Assembly: GCF_022448665.1 (NCBI RefSeq)
Contig: NZ_JAKUUO010000004.1
From: Candidatus Thalassarchaeum betae
GTDB lineage: Archaea > Thermoplasmatota > Poseidoniia > Poseidoniales > Thalassarchaeaceae
DNA length: 64,000 bases
Reading direction: 5' to 3' (one strand)
Numbering within the stretch: the stretch's first letter is position 1; the number at the start of each line of letters is the position of its first letter. The notes beneath the pieces were generated by a model that was given only the letters and a program-made list of their open reading frames with translations, was not told the DNA's origin and searched no databases. The position numbers and the translations under genes are program-made. Positions 46,080 to 57,893 of the stretch are shown here, piece after piece.

Positions 46080-47450
46080 ATGGTGACTGAGCAGCAGGTG
46101 GTTCTCGCGATTTTCATACTATCTTTTGTGCTCATTTTGGCCGAGTATCTCCACCGAACTATTGCAGCATGGTTCGGTTCCATCATCATGCTGCTGTACG
46201 GTCATTGGACCGGAGTCTTCGACACTCATGGCGAATCTCTTGAGCACGCCATGCTAGGCTGGATAGAGTTCGAGGTCATTGGGCTGCTTCTGGGAATGAT
46301 GGTGTTCGCTGCTATTCTCGAGCTTTGCGGATTCTTTGAGTTCATAGCAATAAAAGCAGCAAAGATGAGCGGAGGTGACCCGTGGAAACTCATTGTTCTT
46401 CTCGGTACTTTCACGACTCTTATTTCCCTGGTGATTGACAACGTCACCGCGATAATCATCATCGCGCCCGTGACTCTGAGGATATGCATCCGGATGGAGA
46501 TCAATCCAGTGCCGCCCCTGCTCGCTGAGGCGATTCTGTCTGACACGGGAGGAGTTGCTTCGATGGTGGGCGATCCGCCCAATGTCATGATTGCTGCCGA
46601 GGCGGCGAGTAGAGATATGGACCACTTCGGATTCAACGGGTTCCTATTCCGACTAGGCATGCTGACTCTGATTGCCTGGATCGCTACTCTGGGTTACATG
46701 CGTTGGTACTACCGAGACTGGGCCAAGTCAAAGCCGCATAATGTTGAATCACTGCTGGAGGAGGACGAGTGGAACGCGGTCGACGACAGGAAGTTGATGT
46801 ACACAACGCTGGCTATACTGATGCTGACCGTGGTGATGTTCTCAGCGAAGGAATTCTTTCACCTTGAGATCGAAATCCACGCCATCGCACTGACAGGAGC
46901 AGGTCTGGCGCTTGTCGCCGCCCGCCCCGTGGACCACGAGCTCAGAGGCGGTTTCATGCACATGATCACTGAGAAAATCGAGTGGGCCGCCCTAATGTTC
47001 TTCGTTGGCTTGTTCATCTTAGTCGGAGCTGTCGGCAATGTCGGCTACCTTTCCGATCTCGCTTATTGGATCTACGATAACTTTGGCAGCAATGAGATTA
47101 TGCTGGCGGTGGCAATAGTCTGGGTTTCTGCCATTGCTAGCGCAATAGTTGACAACATCCCTTTCACGGCTGCTATGATTCCGGTGATAGTGAGCATCGG
47201 CGAGGCCAACCCGTCAGTCGACATAGAGCCGCTGTTCTGGGCTCTGGCTATGGGTGCTGGATTCGGTGGCAACGCCACTCCAATCGGCTCCAGCGCCAAC
47301 GTGATGACAGTCGCCATCAGTGAGCGCGGACCGCGGCCTATTACCACCAAGGAGTGGGCTAGGGTTGGTCTGCCCGTGATGGTCATCACATGCATCGTCG
47401 CGACCATTTTCATCATCGTCTTTCACGGAATCCTATACTCCAGTGTATGA
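46080..47450 (+). CDS. Ion transporter of the ArsB/NhaD/citrate-transporter permease superfamily, about 12 TM helices
   Basis: 456 aa, uniformly hydrophobic, with an internal two-fold repeat character (..NVTAIIIIAPVT.. and ..DNIPFTAAMIPVIVSIG..). No soluble domains. Confidence 0.75.
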   Translation: MVTEQQVVLAIFILSFVLILAEYLHRTIAAWFGSIIMLLYGHWTGVFDTHGESLEHAMLGWIEFEVIGLLLGMMVFAAILELCGFFEFIAIKAAKMSGGDPWKLIVLLGTFTTLISLVIDNVTAIIIIAPVTLRICIRMEINPVPPLLAEAILSDTGGVASMVGDPPNVMIAAEAASRDMDHFGFNGFLFRLGMLTLIAWIATLGYMRWYYRDWAKSKPHNVESLLEEDEWNAVDDRKLMYTTLAILMLTVVMFSAKEFFHLEIEIHAIALTGAGLALVAARPVDHELRGGFMHMITEKIEWAALMFFVGLFILVGAVGNVGYLSDLAYWIYDNFGSNEIMLAVAIVWVSAIASAIVDNIPFTAAMIPVIVSIGEANPSVDIEPLFWALAMGAGFGGNATPIGSSANVMTVAISERGPRPITTKEWARVGLPVMVITCIVATIFIIVFHGILYSSV

Positions 47451-47491
47451 GGTTGCAATATACTACTCTCCGACACCGTGAAGCGTGAGCG

Positions 47492-47836
47492 GTGGCAGCG
47501 AGGCCCGTGTACGAATGCCCGATATGCGGGCTGGTGTCATCCGGCCTTCCAGCATGTCCTGCATGTGGTACTGACGATGGCTCAGTTTCAGTTCCGAGCA
47601 TCGGATCAGATCAATCTGAAACCGAATCCTCATCCGAACCTATCGGTCTCCCTTTCGACCTTGAGGGGGATGCCCTCACTTCTCCCTCCTCCGATCTGCC
47701 ATTCGGTTTGGAAGAGGTTCCGGAAGCACCTGCAGATGTCGGTCTGATGTTCGGCCTCGAGGACAGTCCTGAGGAAAACCCCTCGAGCCCATTGGCATTC
47801 GGTCTGGATTACATTCCTGATGATGCTGATGAATAA
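47492..47836 (+). CDS. Small acidic protein. N-terminal zinc ribbon plus four xFGL[ED] repeats.
   Basis: CPICGLVSSGLPACPACG, then LPFDLEGD / LPFGLEEV / LMFGLEDS / LAFGLDYI spaced 12-14 aa apart. GTG start. GC3 is lower than in neighbouring genes. Confidence 0.5.
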   Translation: MAARPVYECPICGLVSSGLPACPACGTDDGSVSVPSIGSDQSETESSSEPIGLPFDLEGDALTSPSSDLPFGLEEVPEAPADVGLMFGLEDSPEENPSSPLAFGLDYIPDDADE

Positions 47837-47857
47837 CCTCTCGCCAGTACCTCTCAC

Positions 47858-47875
47858 CGCCCCCTTTAGGGGGCG
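47858..47875 (+). terminator. Perfect GC hairpin cgccccc-ttta-gggggcg, 22 nt after the stop of the zinc-ribbon gene and upstream of the 23S rRNA
   Basis: 7-bp stem, 4-nt loop, read directly. Confidence 0.35.
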
Positions 47876-48011
47876 TGTGAATCCCGCTTAGTTCAAATAC
47901 CAAAGGTAGGTCGCCCACCTGCATTTAGTGCGCTTTGGTACTATCAGGTACCAAGGTAAGTGGTTGAGGCCGCCCCGCCCTGCGGGGAGACGGGGTGGCC
48001 TGAGATACCTG

Positions 48012-48023
48012 AATTGATATGCC
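48012..48023 (+). other. 5' half of the 23S rRNA processing stem (gaattgatatgc)
   Basis: Perfectly complementary over 12 nt to 50997..51008 (gcatatcaattc) on the other side of the 23S gene. Archaeal pre-rRNA processing stems (BHB sites) flank 23S in this way. Confidence 0.55.
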
Positions 48024-48044
48024 TGGACACCAGAGGACTCACAA

Positions 48045-50965
<2,921 letters not shown>

Positions 50966-50996
50966 CCAAGGCCCTTGTGGGCCTCTGTCCAATAGC

Positions 50997-51008
50997 GCAT
51001 ATCAATTC
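50997..51008 (+). other. 3' half of the 23S rRNA processing stem (gcatatcaattc)
   Basis: See 48012..48023. Confidence 0.55.
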
Positions 51009-51026
51009 AAATTCGAAGGATGAGTT

Positions 51027-51147
51027 GTGCACGGCCACAGCGGAGGGGTTCTACCCGGTCCCATACCGAACCCGGAAGTCAAGCCCTCCTGCGTCGATTC
51101 CTGTACTGTGGCGCGAGAGCCCACGGAAACGTTCGTCGCTGTGCCAC
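51027..51147 (+). rRNA. rrf: 5S ribosomal RNA
   Basis: ..GGCCACAGCGGAGGGGTTCTACCCGGTCCCATACCGAACCCGGAAGTCAAGCCCTCC..CGCTGTGCC. The CCGAACCCGGAAGT.AAGCC loop-C region and the terminal helix (ggccacagcg/cgctgtgcc) match archaeal 5S. Confidence 0.8.
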
Positions 51148-51208
51148 TCTCCTTCCTCCCCGCACCAATTACGATATTACTGGCGGAGCCATAGCTCAGG
51201 ACAACTAG

Positions 51209-51883
51209 GTGGGTGGAACGGTGACGATAACAACTGGAGACATACTTGGCCACACGCAGGTCGGAGTCTACCTGTCCGTGGTGGGCGACATCCTGTTTCA
51301 CCCCCGCGCGCTCGACGATGCGACTGTAGAAGAGTTGGCATCCTCCTTCGATATGGAGATGTATCCGTTCCTCGTGGGTGGCTCGTCTTTGCTCGGCAGC
51401 CTTCTTCGAGGGAACAGTAGGGGCATCGCCGTCGCAGATATCGCCACTGAGGGGGAACTCGACGAACTCACAAGCTTCTGCGATGTAGTCGTGATGGAGA
51501 GCGGCGTCAACGCCGCTGGCAATCTGATAGAGTGCAACGAGCACGGGGCGGTGGTCAGTCCTATCGTTCCTCAGAATGGCGTTGAAATGATTGGCGAGGT
51601 CTTGGGTGTCGATGCAATTCGCTGCAAGGTAGCAGGCTATGACACCGTAGGCAGCATGCTGGTTGCTAACGGCAAAGGAGCCCTCGCTCACCCTGATATC
51701 TCGAAAACCGAGGCCGAGGCCATCGAGGCCGCGATGAAGGTCCCGGTGATGGTTGGGACAGTGACCTTCGGCTCGCCTTACGTAGGTGCGGGGTGCGCAG
51801 CCAGTGACACGAATGCGCTGGTGGGATCGGGCTCGACGGGGCCTGAGTTGAACCGAATCGAAGACGCTCTCGGGCTAATCTAG
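51209..51883 (+). CDS. eif6: Translation initiation factor 6 (aIF6/eIF6)
   Basis: Five-fold repeat pattern with ..TGDILGHTQVGVY.., ..GNSRGIAVADIA.., ..NEHGAVVSP.., ..NGKGALAHPDIS.. Length about 224 aa. GTG start. Sits directly after the 5S rRNA. Confidence 0.8.
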   Translation: MGGTVTITTGDILGHTQVGVYLSVVGDILFHPRALDDATVEELASSFDMEMYPFLVGGSSLLGSLLRGNSRGIAVADIATEGELDELTSFCDVVVMESGVNAAGNLIECNEHGAVVSPIVPQNGVEMIGEVLGVDAIRCKVAGYDTVGSMLVANGKGALAHPDISKTEAEAIEAAMKVPVMVGTVTFGSPYVGAGCAASDTNALVGSGSTGPELNRIEDALGLI

Positions 51884-53103
51884 GTGAAGCGGCTGTAGTC
51901 GATATCAGCGTTTTTGTCGATGAGTGAAGTAACCGCTGGCATGGGGTACTTCAGTCCGGTTGCGGTGTTGAACAGGACGACGGTGTCGTCCCCACCAATC
52001 ATGCCCTTCTCCAGAGAGATCTTGCAAGCAGCCGCCGTTGCAGCGCCCTCCGGGCACATCAGCAACCCGTCTTCGTGCCCGATAGCTTGAACCATTCGGT
52101 GTATCTCCTCGTCGCTGACTGCAATCGCGAATCCCCCAGACTCCCGGACGGCTCGCAGTATGAGGAAGTCCCCCAAAGCGGCAGGAACTCTGATTCCCGA
52201 TGCGTCGGTTTTGGCATCCTCCCAGAATTCGGCGAACTCTTCGCCCTCCTCCCAGGCCTTGACTATCGGGGCGCAGCCGGTGGACTGTACTGCGACCATT
52301 CTGGGAAGCTTGCAGTCTATCCAGCCCAATTCAGTCAGTTCAGCGAAGGCCTTCCACATCCCAATTATTCCTGTGCCTCCCCCTGTGGGGTAGAAGATGA
52401 CATCCGGCAACTGCCATCCCATCTGCTCCGCCAGTTCGATTCCCATGGTCTTCTTTCCTTCAATCCGGTAAGGTTCCTTGAGAGTAGATACGGCGAACCA
52501 GCCAACTTCATCCGAACCCTCGGAGATAATTCGGCCGCACTCTCCAATGAGGCCGTTAATCAGGTGGGTGTCACCGCCTTGGGCCTTCGTCTCTTGCGTG
52601 TTGATCTCAGGCGTGTTGTCCGGGCACAGGACCGTGGTCCTGATGCCTGCCCTACTGGCATAGGCAGCGAGGGCAGAACCTGCATTCCCATTGGTTGGGA
52701 CAGCTAGATGGCCGATGCCGAGTTGCTTGGCCATGGAGACTGCCAGAGCCAGCCCCCTAGCCTTGAACGATCCAGTCGGCAGCCGTGACTCGTCCTTCAC
52801 CAGTACCTTGCCCGGGACGGCCCCTAGGGCCTGAGCCGAGCGTTCGAGGCTTACGAGGGGCGTGACGACCTCCCCTAATGAGACTCGGTTTGCGGGTTCG
52901 CCTACTGGTAGCAAGGGCGAGTACCTCCAGAATCCCGGTTCGGACGAAGACTCGATATCTTCTCTGCGAACCTCAGTACCCAGCCGGCGGAGGTCGTACC
53001 TCACCAACAGAGGCTTGCCCGCATCTGATATGGTGTGCAAACCATCCGCCTCGTAGCGCTGCCCGGTGTACGCGCATTCGAGATGGCTAACGTACGAGGC
53101 CAT
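51880..53103 (-). CDS. thrC: Threonine synthase (PLP-dependent)
   Basis: N-terminus ..LECAYTGQRYEAD..LVRYDL. PLP-lysine motif TGSFKARG. ..GNAGSALAAYA.. Confidence 0.8.
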   Translation of the reverse strand: MASYVSHLECAYTGQRYEADGLHTISDAGKPLLVRYDLRRLGTEVRREDIESSSEPGFWRYSPLLPVGEPANRVSLGEVVTPLVSLERSAQALGAVPGKVLVKDESRLPTGSFKARGLALAVSMAKQLGIGHLAVPTNGNAGSALAAYASRAGIRTTVLCPDNTPEINTQETKAQGGDTHLINGLIGECGRIISEGSDEVGWFAVSTLKEPYRIEGKKTMGIELAEQMGWQLPDVIFYPTGGGTGIIGMWKAFAELTELGWIDCKLPRMVAVQSTGCAPIVKAWEEGEEFAEFWEDAKTDASGIRVPAALGDFLILRAVRESGGFAIAVSDEEIHRMVQAIGHEDGLLMCPEGAATAAACKISLEKGMIGGDDTVVLFNTATGLKYPMPAVTSLIDKNADIDYSRFT

Positions 53104-53142
53104 GCACCGACTGTTCGGGATGATTCGATGAACATACCGCAG

Positions 53143-53373
53143 TCAGATGGCAGTTGGGGCGACGTGATCATCGTCCTTGTTCTCTGACTTCCTGACTCTG
53201 TTCCACACCGAGGTCATCAGTTCATCGTGATGATCCTCGCAGTAGTGGAACCTGCGGTAGGCCTCTCTGAACGAATAGGCCTTGCTGCCTGTGGCGACTA
53301 GGAATCCGTCCGGCGAGAGGCGACTGATCTGAACTCCTCCCTCCTCGCATTCTGGGTAGTCGCACTTCGGCAT
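53143..53373 (-). CDS. Small Cys/His-containing hypothetical protein (76 aa), possibly metal-binding
   Basis: MPKCDYPECEEGG...FHYCEDHHDE. Sits between the BCCP gene and thrC on the same strand. Confidence 0.4.
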   Translation of the reverse strand: MPKCDYPECEEGGVQISRLSPDGFLVATGSKAYSFREAYRRFHYCEDHHDELMTSVWNRVRKSENKDDDHVAPTAI

Positions 53374-53422
53374 GCAAATTCCTCCGAATCACCACTATTG
53401 AACTCTCTGAACATCCCTCGCT

Positions 53423-53821
53423 TTACTCAGGTGGCTCGATCACCACCAGCGGGGTATTGGCTTCGACGCTGTCTCCCGATTCGCAGTTCACCTCGGTTAC
53501 TGTCCCCAAGAGGGGCGCTCGAATCTCGTTTTGCATCTTCATCGCCTCGAGTATCATCAGTACATCGCCCTCTTTGACCTCGTCACCCACTGAGACGTGT
53601 AACGAGACGACTTTTCCGGGGATTGTCGAGGATATGATTCCGGAGCGCTTCTTCCTGCGCCCACCGCCAGCAGATCGCCTAGACGGACCTGAAAGCGATT
53701 CCCCCGAGACTCGTATTGAGAAACTCCTCCCTCCGACCTCTACATTCCAGACGTCCCCGTCTCTTTCGAGGTCGACTTCGAACTCCTCACCATCGACGGT
53801 TACCTTGCGCTTCTTGCCCAC
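53423..53821 (-). CDS. Biotin carboxyl carrier protein / biotinyl-domain subunit of an acyl-CoA carboxylase
   Basis: The biotinyl-lysine motif EAMKM in ..DVLMILEAMKMQNEIRAP.. Confidence 0.8.
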   Translation of the reverse strand: MGKKRKVTVDGEEFEVDLERDGDVWNVEVGGRSFSIRVSGESLSGPSRRSAGGGRRKKRSGIISSTIPGKVVSLHVSVGDEVKEGDVLMILEAMKMQNEIRAPLLGTVTEVNCESGDSVEANTPLVVIEPPE

Positions 53822-54035
53822 TGGTTCACCTCGGAGTGCTTCTACGCGTGCGTGCGCGGAAGAGATTACGTCTACCTATCAGCACACGTCGATGGTCGCG
53901 CGACCAGGCATCTCCCCCGTCGCGAGGTGCCGAGGGACTCAGGGCCTCACCCTCGAAAGACTCCAGCAGCACAGCAACCACAGCAGCGGCCCGCAACTTC
54001 GCACCCCTGTCCGCTTTCCTGCCCATGCCTCTACC

Positions 54036-55589
54036 TCATAGCGGGATGTTGCCGTGCTTGCGAGCAGGGCGAATCTCCTCTTTGTCCAGCAGGGCACCCA
54101 GCGCGCGAATCAGGACAGCCCTGCTCTGGTGCGGCTGAATCACATCATCGAGGTATCCCAGCGCCGCAGCTCTGTACGGGTTGGCAAAAGTCTCCTCGTA
54201 GTCATCAACCAGCCTCTCTCGCTCTTGCTCAGGATTGCCAGCGGTCTGAATTCTCGTTCTGTGGATGATTTGTACGGCCCCGTCAGCACCCATGACCGCA
54301 AGCCGGGCAGTTGGCCAAGCGATGTTGTAGTCGCCTCTGATGTGCTTGGAGGACATGACGTCGTAAGCCCCGCCGTAGGCCTTGCGGGTGATGACGGTGA
54401 GTTTGGGGACAGTAGCCTCGGCGTAGGCGTAGAGCAGTTTGGCACCGTGCCTGATGATGCCCCCCCACTCTTGGCTGGCCCCAGGGAGGAATCCCGGCAC
54501 GTCGACGAAAGTCAGGATTGGTACGTTGAAGGCGTCACAGAAGCGGATGAACCGAGCGGCCTTGACCGAGGCATCGATGTCGAGGCAACCGGCAAGCACC
54601 TTCGGCTGATTGGCCACGACTCCGACGGTGTGCCCGCCCAGTCGGCCGAAGCCGACGACTATGTTGTTCGCGAATTCTGCTTGAACTTCAAGGAAGGCGC
54701 CGTCGTCGAGCACCTCCTCGATGGCAGTGACGATATCGTAAGGGTGACTGGGGTTCTCCGGCACCAGCGTGTCCAGAACATCACAGAGCCGGTCATGAGG
54801 ATCAGAGGTCGGTCTGACCGGAGCCTTCTCCAGATTGTTGGAAGGCATCAGCCCTACTAACTCCCTGACAATCCCTATGGCGTCGTCGTCGTCGCTAGCG
54901 GTGAAGTGAGTCACACCAGAGCGGGTGGAGTGGGTCGAGGCCCCTCCGAGATCCTCAAAGGTCACCTCCTCATTGGTCACCGTCTTGATGACTTCTGGGC
55001 CAGTGATGAACATGTGAGCGGTCTGGTCGACCATGATAACAAAGTCGGTGATAGCTGGTGAGTACACAGCTCCACCAGCACAGGGTCCCATGATTACGGA
55101 AATCTGCGGGATGACCCCGCTGGCTCTGACGTTCCTGAAGAATATTTCAGCGTAGGAGCCGAGGCTGGCCACACCCTCCTGTATTCGGGCCCCGCCGCTG
55201 TCATTCAGGCCGATGACCGGCGCACCGGTCTTCAGCGCCATGTCGAGAATCTTACAAATCTTGAGTCCGTGCATCTCACCTAGGGAGCCGCCGTAGACCG
55301 TGAAGTCCTGAGCGAAGCAGTACACCGTCCTCCCGTCTATCGTGCCATGCCCGCAGACTACCCCGTCTCCGGGAATCACGTTACGGTCCATGTCGAAATC
55401 ACGGCATCTGTGCTCGACCAGTGTGTCGACTTCCATGAACGAGTCTTCATCGAGGAGTCGCTCGACTCTCTCTCTCGCAGTCATCTTCCCTTTGGCATGC
55501 TGCGCAGTGACCCGTGCTTGGCCACCACCTGTCTCCGCCTGCGTCTTCCTCCGCCGGAGATCCTCGATACGGTCATCCACGCCTGCCAT
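54036..55589 (-). CDS. pccB: Acyl-CoA (propionyl/methylmalonyl-CoA) carboxyltransferase subunit (PccB-like)
   Basis: N-terminus from the internal Met: [46 protein letters not shown], the canonical carboxyltransferase start. The ORF track extends to 55655. Confidence 0.8.
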   Translation of the reverse strand: MAGVDDRIEDLRRRKTQAETGGGQARVTAQHAKGKMTARERVERLLDEDSFMEVDTLVEHRCRDFDMDRNVIPGDGVVCGHGTIDGRTVYCFAQDFTVYGGSLGEMHGLKICKILDMALKTGAPVIGLNDSGGARIQEGVASLGSYAEIFFRNVRASGVIPQISVIMGPCAGGAVYSPAITDFVIMVDQTAHMFITGPEVIKTVTNEEVTFEDLGGASTHSTRSGVTHFTASDDDDAIGIVRELVGLMPSNNLEKAPVRPTSDPHDRLCDVLDTLVPENPSHPYDIVTAIEEVLDDGAFLEVQAEFANNIVVGFGRLGGHTVGVVANQPKVLAGCLDIDASVKAARFIRFCDAFNVPILTFVDVPGFLPGASQEWGGIIRHGAKLLYAYAEATVPKLTVITRKAYGGAYDVMSSKHIRGDYNIAWPTARLAVMGADGAVQIIHRTRIQTAGNPEQERERLVDDYEETFANPYRAAALGYLDDVIQPHQSRAVLIRALGALLDKEEIRPARKHGNIPL

Positions 55590-55700
55590 GGTACACCGTG
55601 TGTTCGCAAAACCCCGCCAATGAGCATTCCCCATAGGAATGCTTGCTCTTTTCACGCCTCATCGGTTGCTTGAAGGGTCCCCACTAACTCGACTGCTTCG

Positions 55701-56144
55701 ATGGGAATGCGCATAGTAATGGCCAAACCCGGGCTAGACGGGCACGACAGAGGCGCTAAAGTAATCGCTAGGGCGCTCAGGGACGGCGGGCATGAAGTCG
55801 TGTACACTGGACTGCGCAAGACTCCTGAAGAAATCGTTAGAATCGTGATGGACGAAGACGCCGCCGCACTGGGCCTATCCACACTCTCAGGCGCCCATGA
55901 CGTCCTCTTGCCGGCCATCTGTGAGGGACTCAGGCGAGAGGGCCTCACTGAAGTCGTCGTCTTCGCCGGAGGAATCATTCCCAGTGGGGATCACGAATCA
56001 CTGCATGAGGATGGAGTCAGGGCAATTTTTGGCCCCGGCACCCGGACTACTGAGATACTGGACTTCCTAGAGGCCGCCAGACAGCGAATCGAGGGCGGCG
56101 AGCCCGTGGGCGTGGGTGAGAACTCGGGATGGCGATGGGAGTGA
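55701..56144 (+). CDS. Methylmalonyl-CoA mutase, small (B12-binding) subunit
   Basis: MGMRIVMAKPGLDGHDRGAKVIA (the DxHxxG B12-binding motif) and a Rossmann-like remainder. Confidence 0.8.
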   Translation: MGMRIVMAKPGLDGHDRGAKVIARALRDGGHEVVYTGLRKTPEEIVRIVMDEDAAALGLSTLSGAHDVLLPAICEGLRREGLTEVVVFAGGIIPSGDHESLHEDGVRAIFGPGTRTTEILDFLEAARQRIEGGEPVGVGENSGWRWE

Positions 56145-57007
56145 TTCCCGCCAATCTCCTTGACTCAGCTCTGACCGGCAATCGCAGGGACTTAGCGAGG
56201 ATGCTGACAGTGATAGAGAACGGAGGGGCGTTCGACATCCCGGAGCAATCCTCCTGGACCCTCGGTGTCACAGGCCCACCGGGGGTCGGCAAGTCGACCC
56301 TGATAGGCAGACTGATTTCCAATTGGGCCGACAGGGGGGAGAGAATCGCCGTCCTCGCTGTCGATCCGTCTTCTCCGCGCAGCGGTGGAGCGCTGCTAGC
56401 CGATAGAATGAGGATGAGCACAGCCGACTCCAATGATTCAGTCTTCGTACGTTCTCTGGCGACTAGGAACCACCCGGGAGGGTTGGTCTCCTGTCTATCT
56501 CCAATGATTGATGCTCTGGCAGCATGCGGCTGGAGCCGCATAGTCATCGAGACGGTAGGGGCGGGTCAAGCCGAGATAAGAGTCGTGGCGTTCGCTGACC
56601 GCATCTTACTGGTCGATGGCCCTGACAGAGGGGACATCGTCCAAGCGGAGAAGGCCGGAATCATGGAGCTGGCCGATATCGTGGCAATCAACAAGTCAGA
56701 TCTCCCTAATTCCCAGCAGGCCGCAGACTCGGTTCGCTCGGCGCTTGAGGTAGGTGGCGATTCCAGCGTCACTGTCCACTTGGTCTCTGCTCACGACGGG
56801 AGTGGAATCATTGAGTTGCTCGATGCCATCGAATCATGTCCAGCCTCAGGTGCCAGAGACCGTCTGAGGGTTCGCGAGCGTCTTCTTTCGGCATGGGACT
56901 CCCGCTTGCTCGCACACCCGCGGCTAAACGAGGTAATCGACGCTCTCGAAACCGGAAGTATAACGCTCGATGAGGCCGTCGAAATCGTCGGATTGAGTGA
57001 GGATTAG
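56129..57007 (+). CDS. meaB: MeaB/ArgK-type GTPase (methylmalonyl-CoA mutase accessory protein)
   Basis: Walker A LGVTGPPGVGKSTLIGRLI, ..VDPSSPRSGGALLADRMRM.., ..INKSDL.. Overlaps the preceding gene by 16 nt. Confidence 0.8.
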   Translation: MAMGVIPANLLDSALTGNRRDLARMLTVIENGGAFDIPEQSSWTLGVTGPPGVGKSTLIGRLISNWADRGERIAVLAVDPSSPRSGGALLADRMRMSTADSNDSVFVRSLATRNHPGGLVSCLSPMIDALAACGWSRIVIETVGAGQAEIRVVAFADRILLVDGPDRGDIVQAEKAGIMELADIVAINKSDLPNSQQAADSVRSALEVGGDSSVTVHLVSAHDGSGIIELLDAIESCPASGARDRLRVRERLLSAWDSRLLAHPRLNEVIDALETGSITLDEAVEIVGLSED

Positions 57008-57021
57008 GGGCAGTTGAGCGC

Positions 57022-57675
57022 ATGGATGTACCAAAGACCCAGTTCGACATCGACCATGTCGAGCACTCGGTAGGTGGCCTCGGAGGGCATGCTTTCAGAC
57101 GTATAACGCACGTATCCATGGCGCTGATTCCGGTAATCTACTATTCCAGAGGAGAGGAAATCGCTGGTTACTTCTCAGTCAGCCTCCCTGAGTTCGTCAG
57201 TTACGTCTTCTTCGCAATCCTAGCAATCGAAGTCGTCAGGCTGAGGTTCGGAATCGTGATAGTAGGGCAGAGGGAGTATGAGTCCAAGCAGATATCCGCC
57301 CTCGCATGGGGGGCCTTCGCCGTATGCCTCGCACTGTTGGTAACCGGAATGGAGCCCTTTACCTCCGGGACCGGCTTCGAGGCAGGCATCTACGGCTTTC
57401 CTCTGATCTTCGGACTGACCTTCGTCGACCCCATCATGGGCGAGATAAAGCGTATCAAGCGCGACATGAAGGTGGCAATCGCTGTAGGAATGGTGACGTC
57501 CTACATTGTCTGGATAGGGTGCAGTCTCTGGCTGGGGACTCCAATGTGGGTCTGCATACTGCTTGCTCCGCTGACTGTCCTCGGCGAGTTACCTCCGGTG
57601 AAGTACATCGACGACAACGCTACGATGATTCTTTTCCCGCTCTCCGGGCTTCTGCTGCTGAGCCCGTTCCTCTGA
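57022..57675 (+). CDS. Hypothetical polytopic membrane protein (about 6 TM helices)
   Basis: Hydrophobic throughout. No soluble domain or diagnostic motif I can name. Confidence 0.55.
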   Translation: MDVPKTQFDIDHVEHSVGGLGGHAFRRITHVSMALIPVIYYSRGEEIAGYFSVSLPEFVSYVFFAILAIEVVRLRFGIVIVGQREYESKQISALAWGAFAVCLALLVTGMEPFTSGTGFEAGIYGFPLIFGLTFVDPIMGEIKRIKRDMKVAIAVGMVTSYIVWIGCSLWLGTPMWVCILLAPLTVLGELPPVKYIDDNATMILFPLSGLLLLSPFL

Positions 57676-57893
57676 AGGCAACATCCCGTCATCTTTACAA
57701 TCCGGCTTCATGTGGACGGGTCGGTAACATGGTGGATGAGGGAAGTTCTGGCGACATAGTGGAGTCCACTCTTTCGCAAAACGTCTACGTCCTGATATGG
57801 GCCATCGCCTCACTGGTGTCCTTCGCGATATTCGTGGTATACTTCTGATTGCCCACCCATCAGGATAATGGGCAGGCAGTTTCACGCCCCTCT

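Noticed and set aside
47878-48044. Possible tRNA (e.g. tRNA-Ala) upstream of the 23S gene, and tRNA-Cys after the 5S gene (51148..51208)
   Set aside because: No GGTTCGAATCC-like T-arm or cloverleaf could be read in either spacer. The upstream spacer instead holds a hairpin and the processing-stem half.
57676-57848. 39-aa hydrophobic mini-ORF (MVDEGSSGDIVESTLSQNVYVLIWAIASLVSFAIFVVYF) in the spacer before asnB
   Set aside because: Too short, and it is embedded in a longer frame of doubtful coding quality. Recorded only as a possible small membrane peptide.
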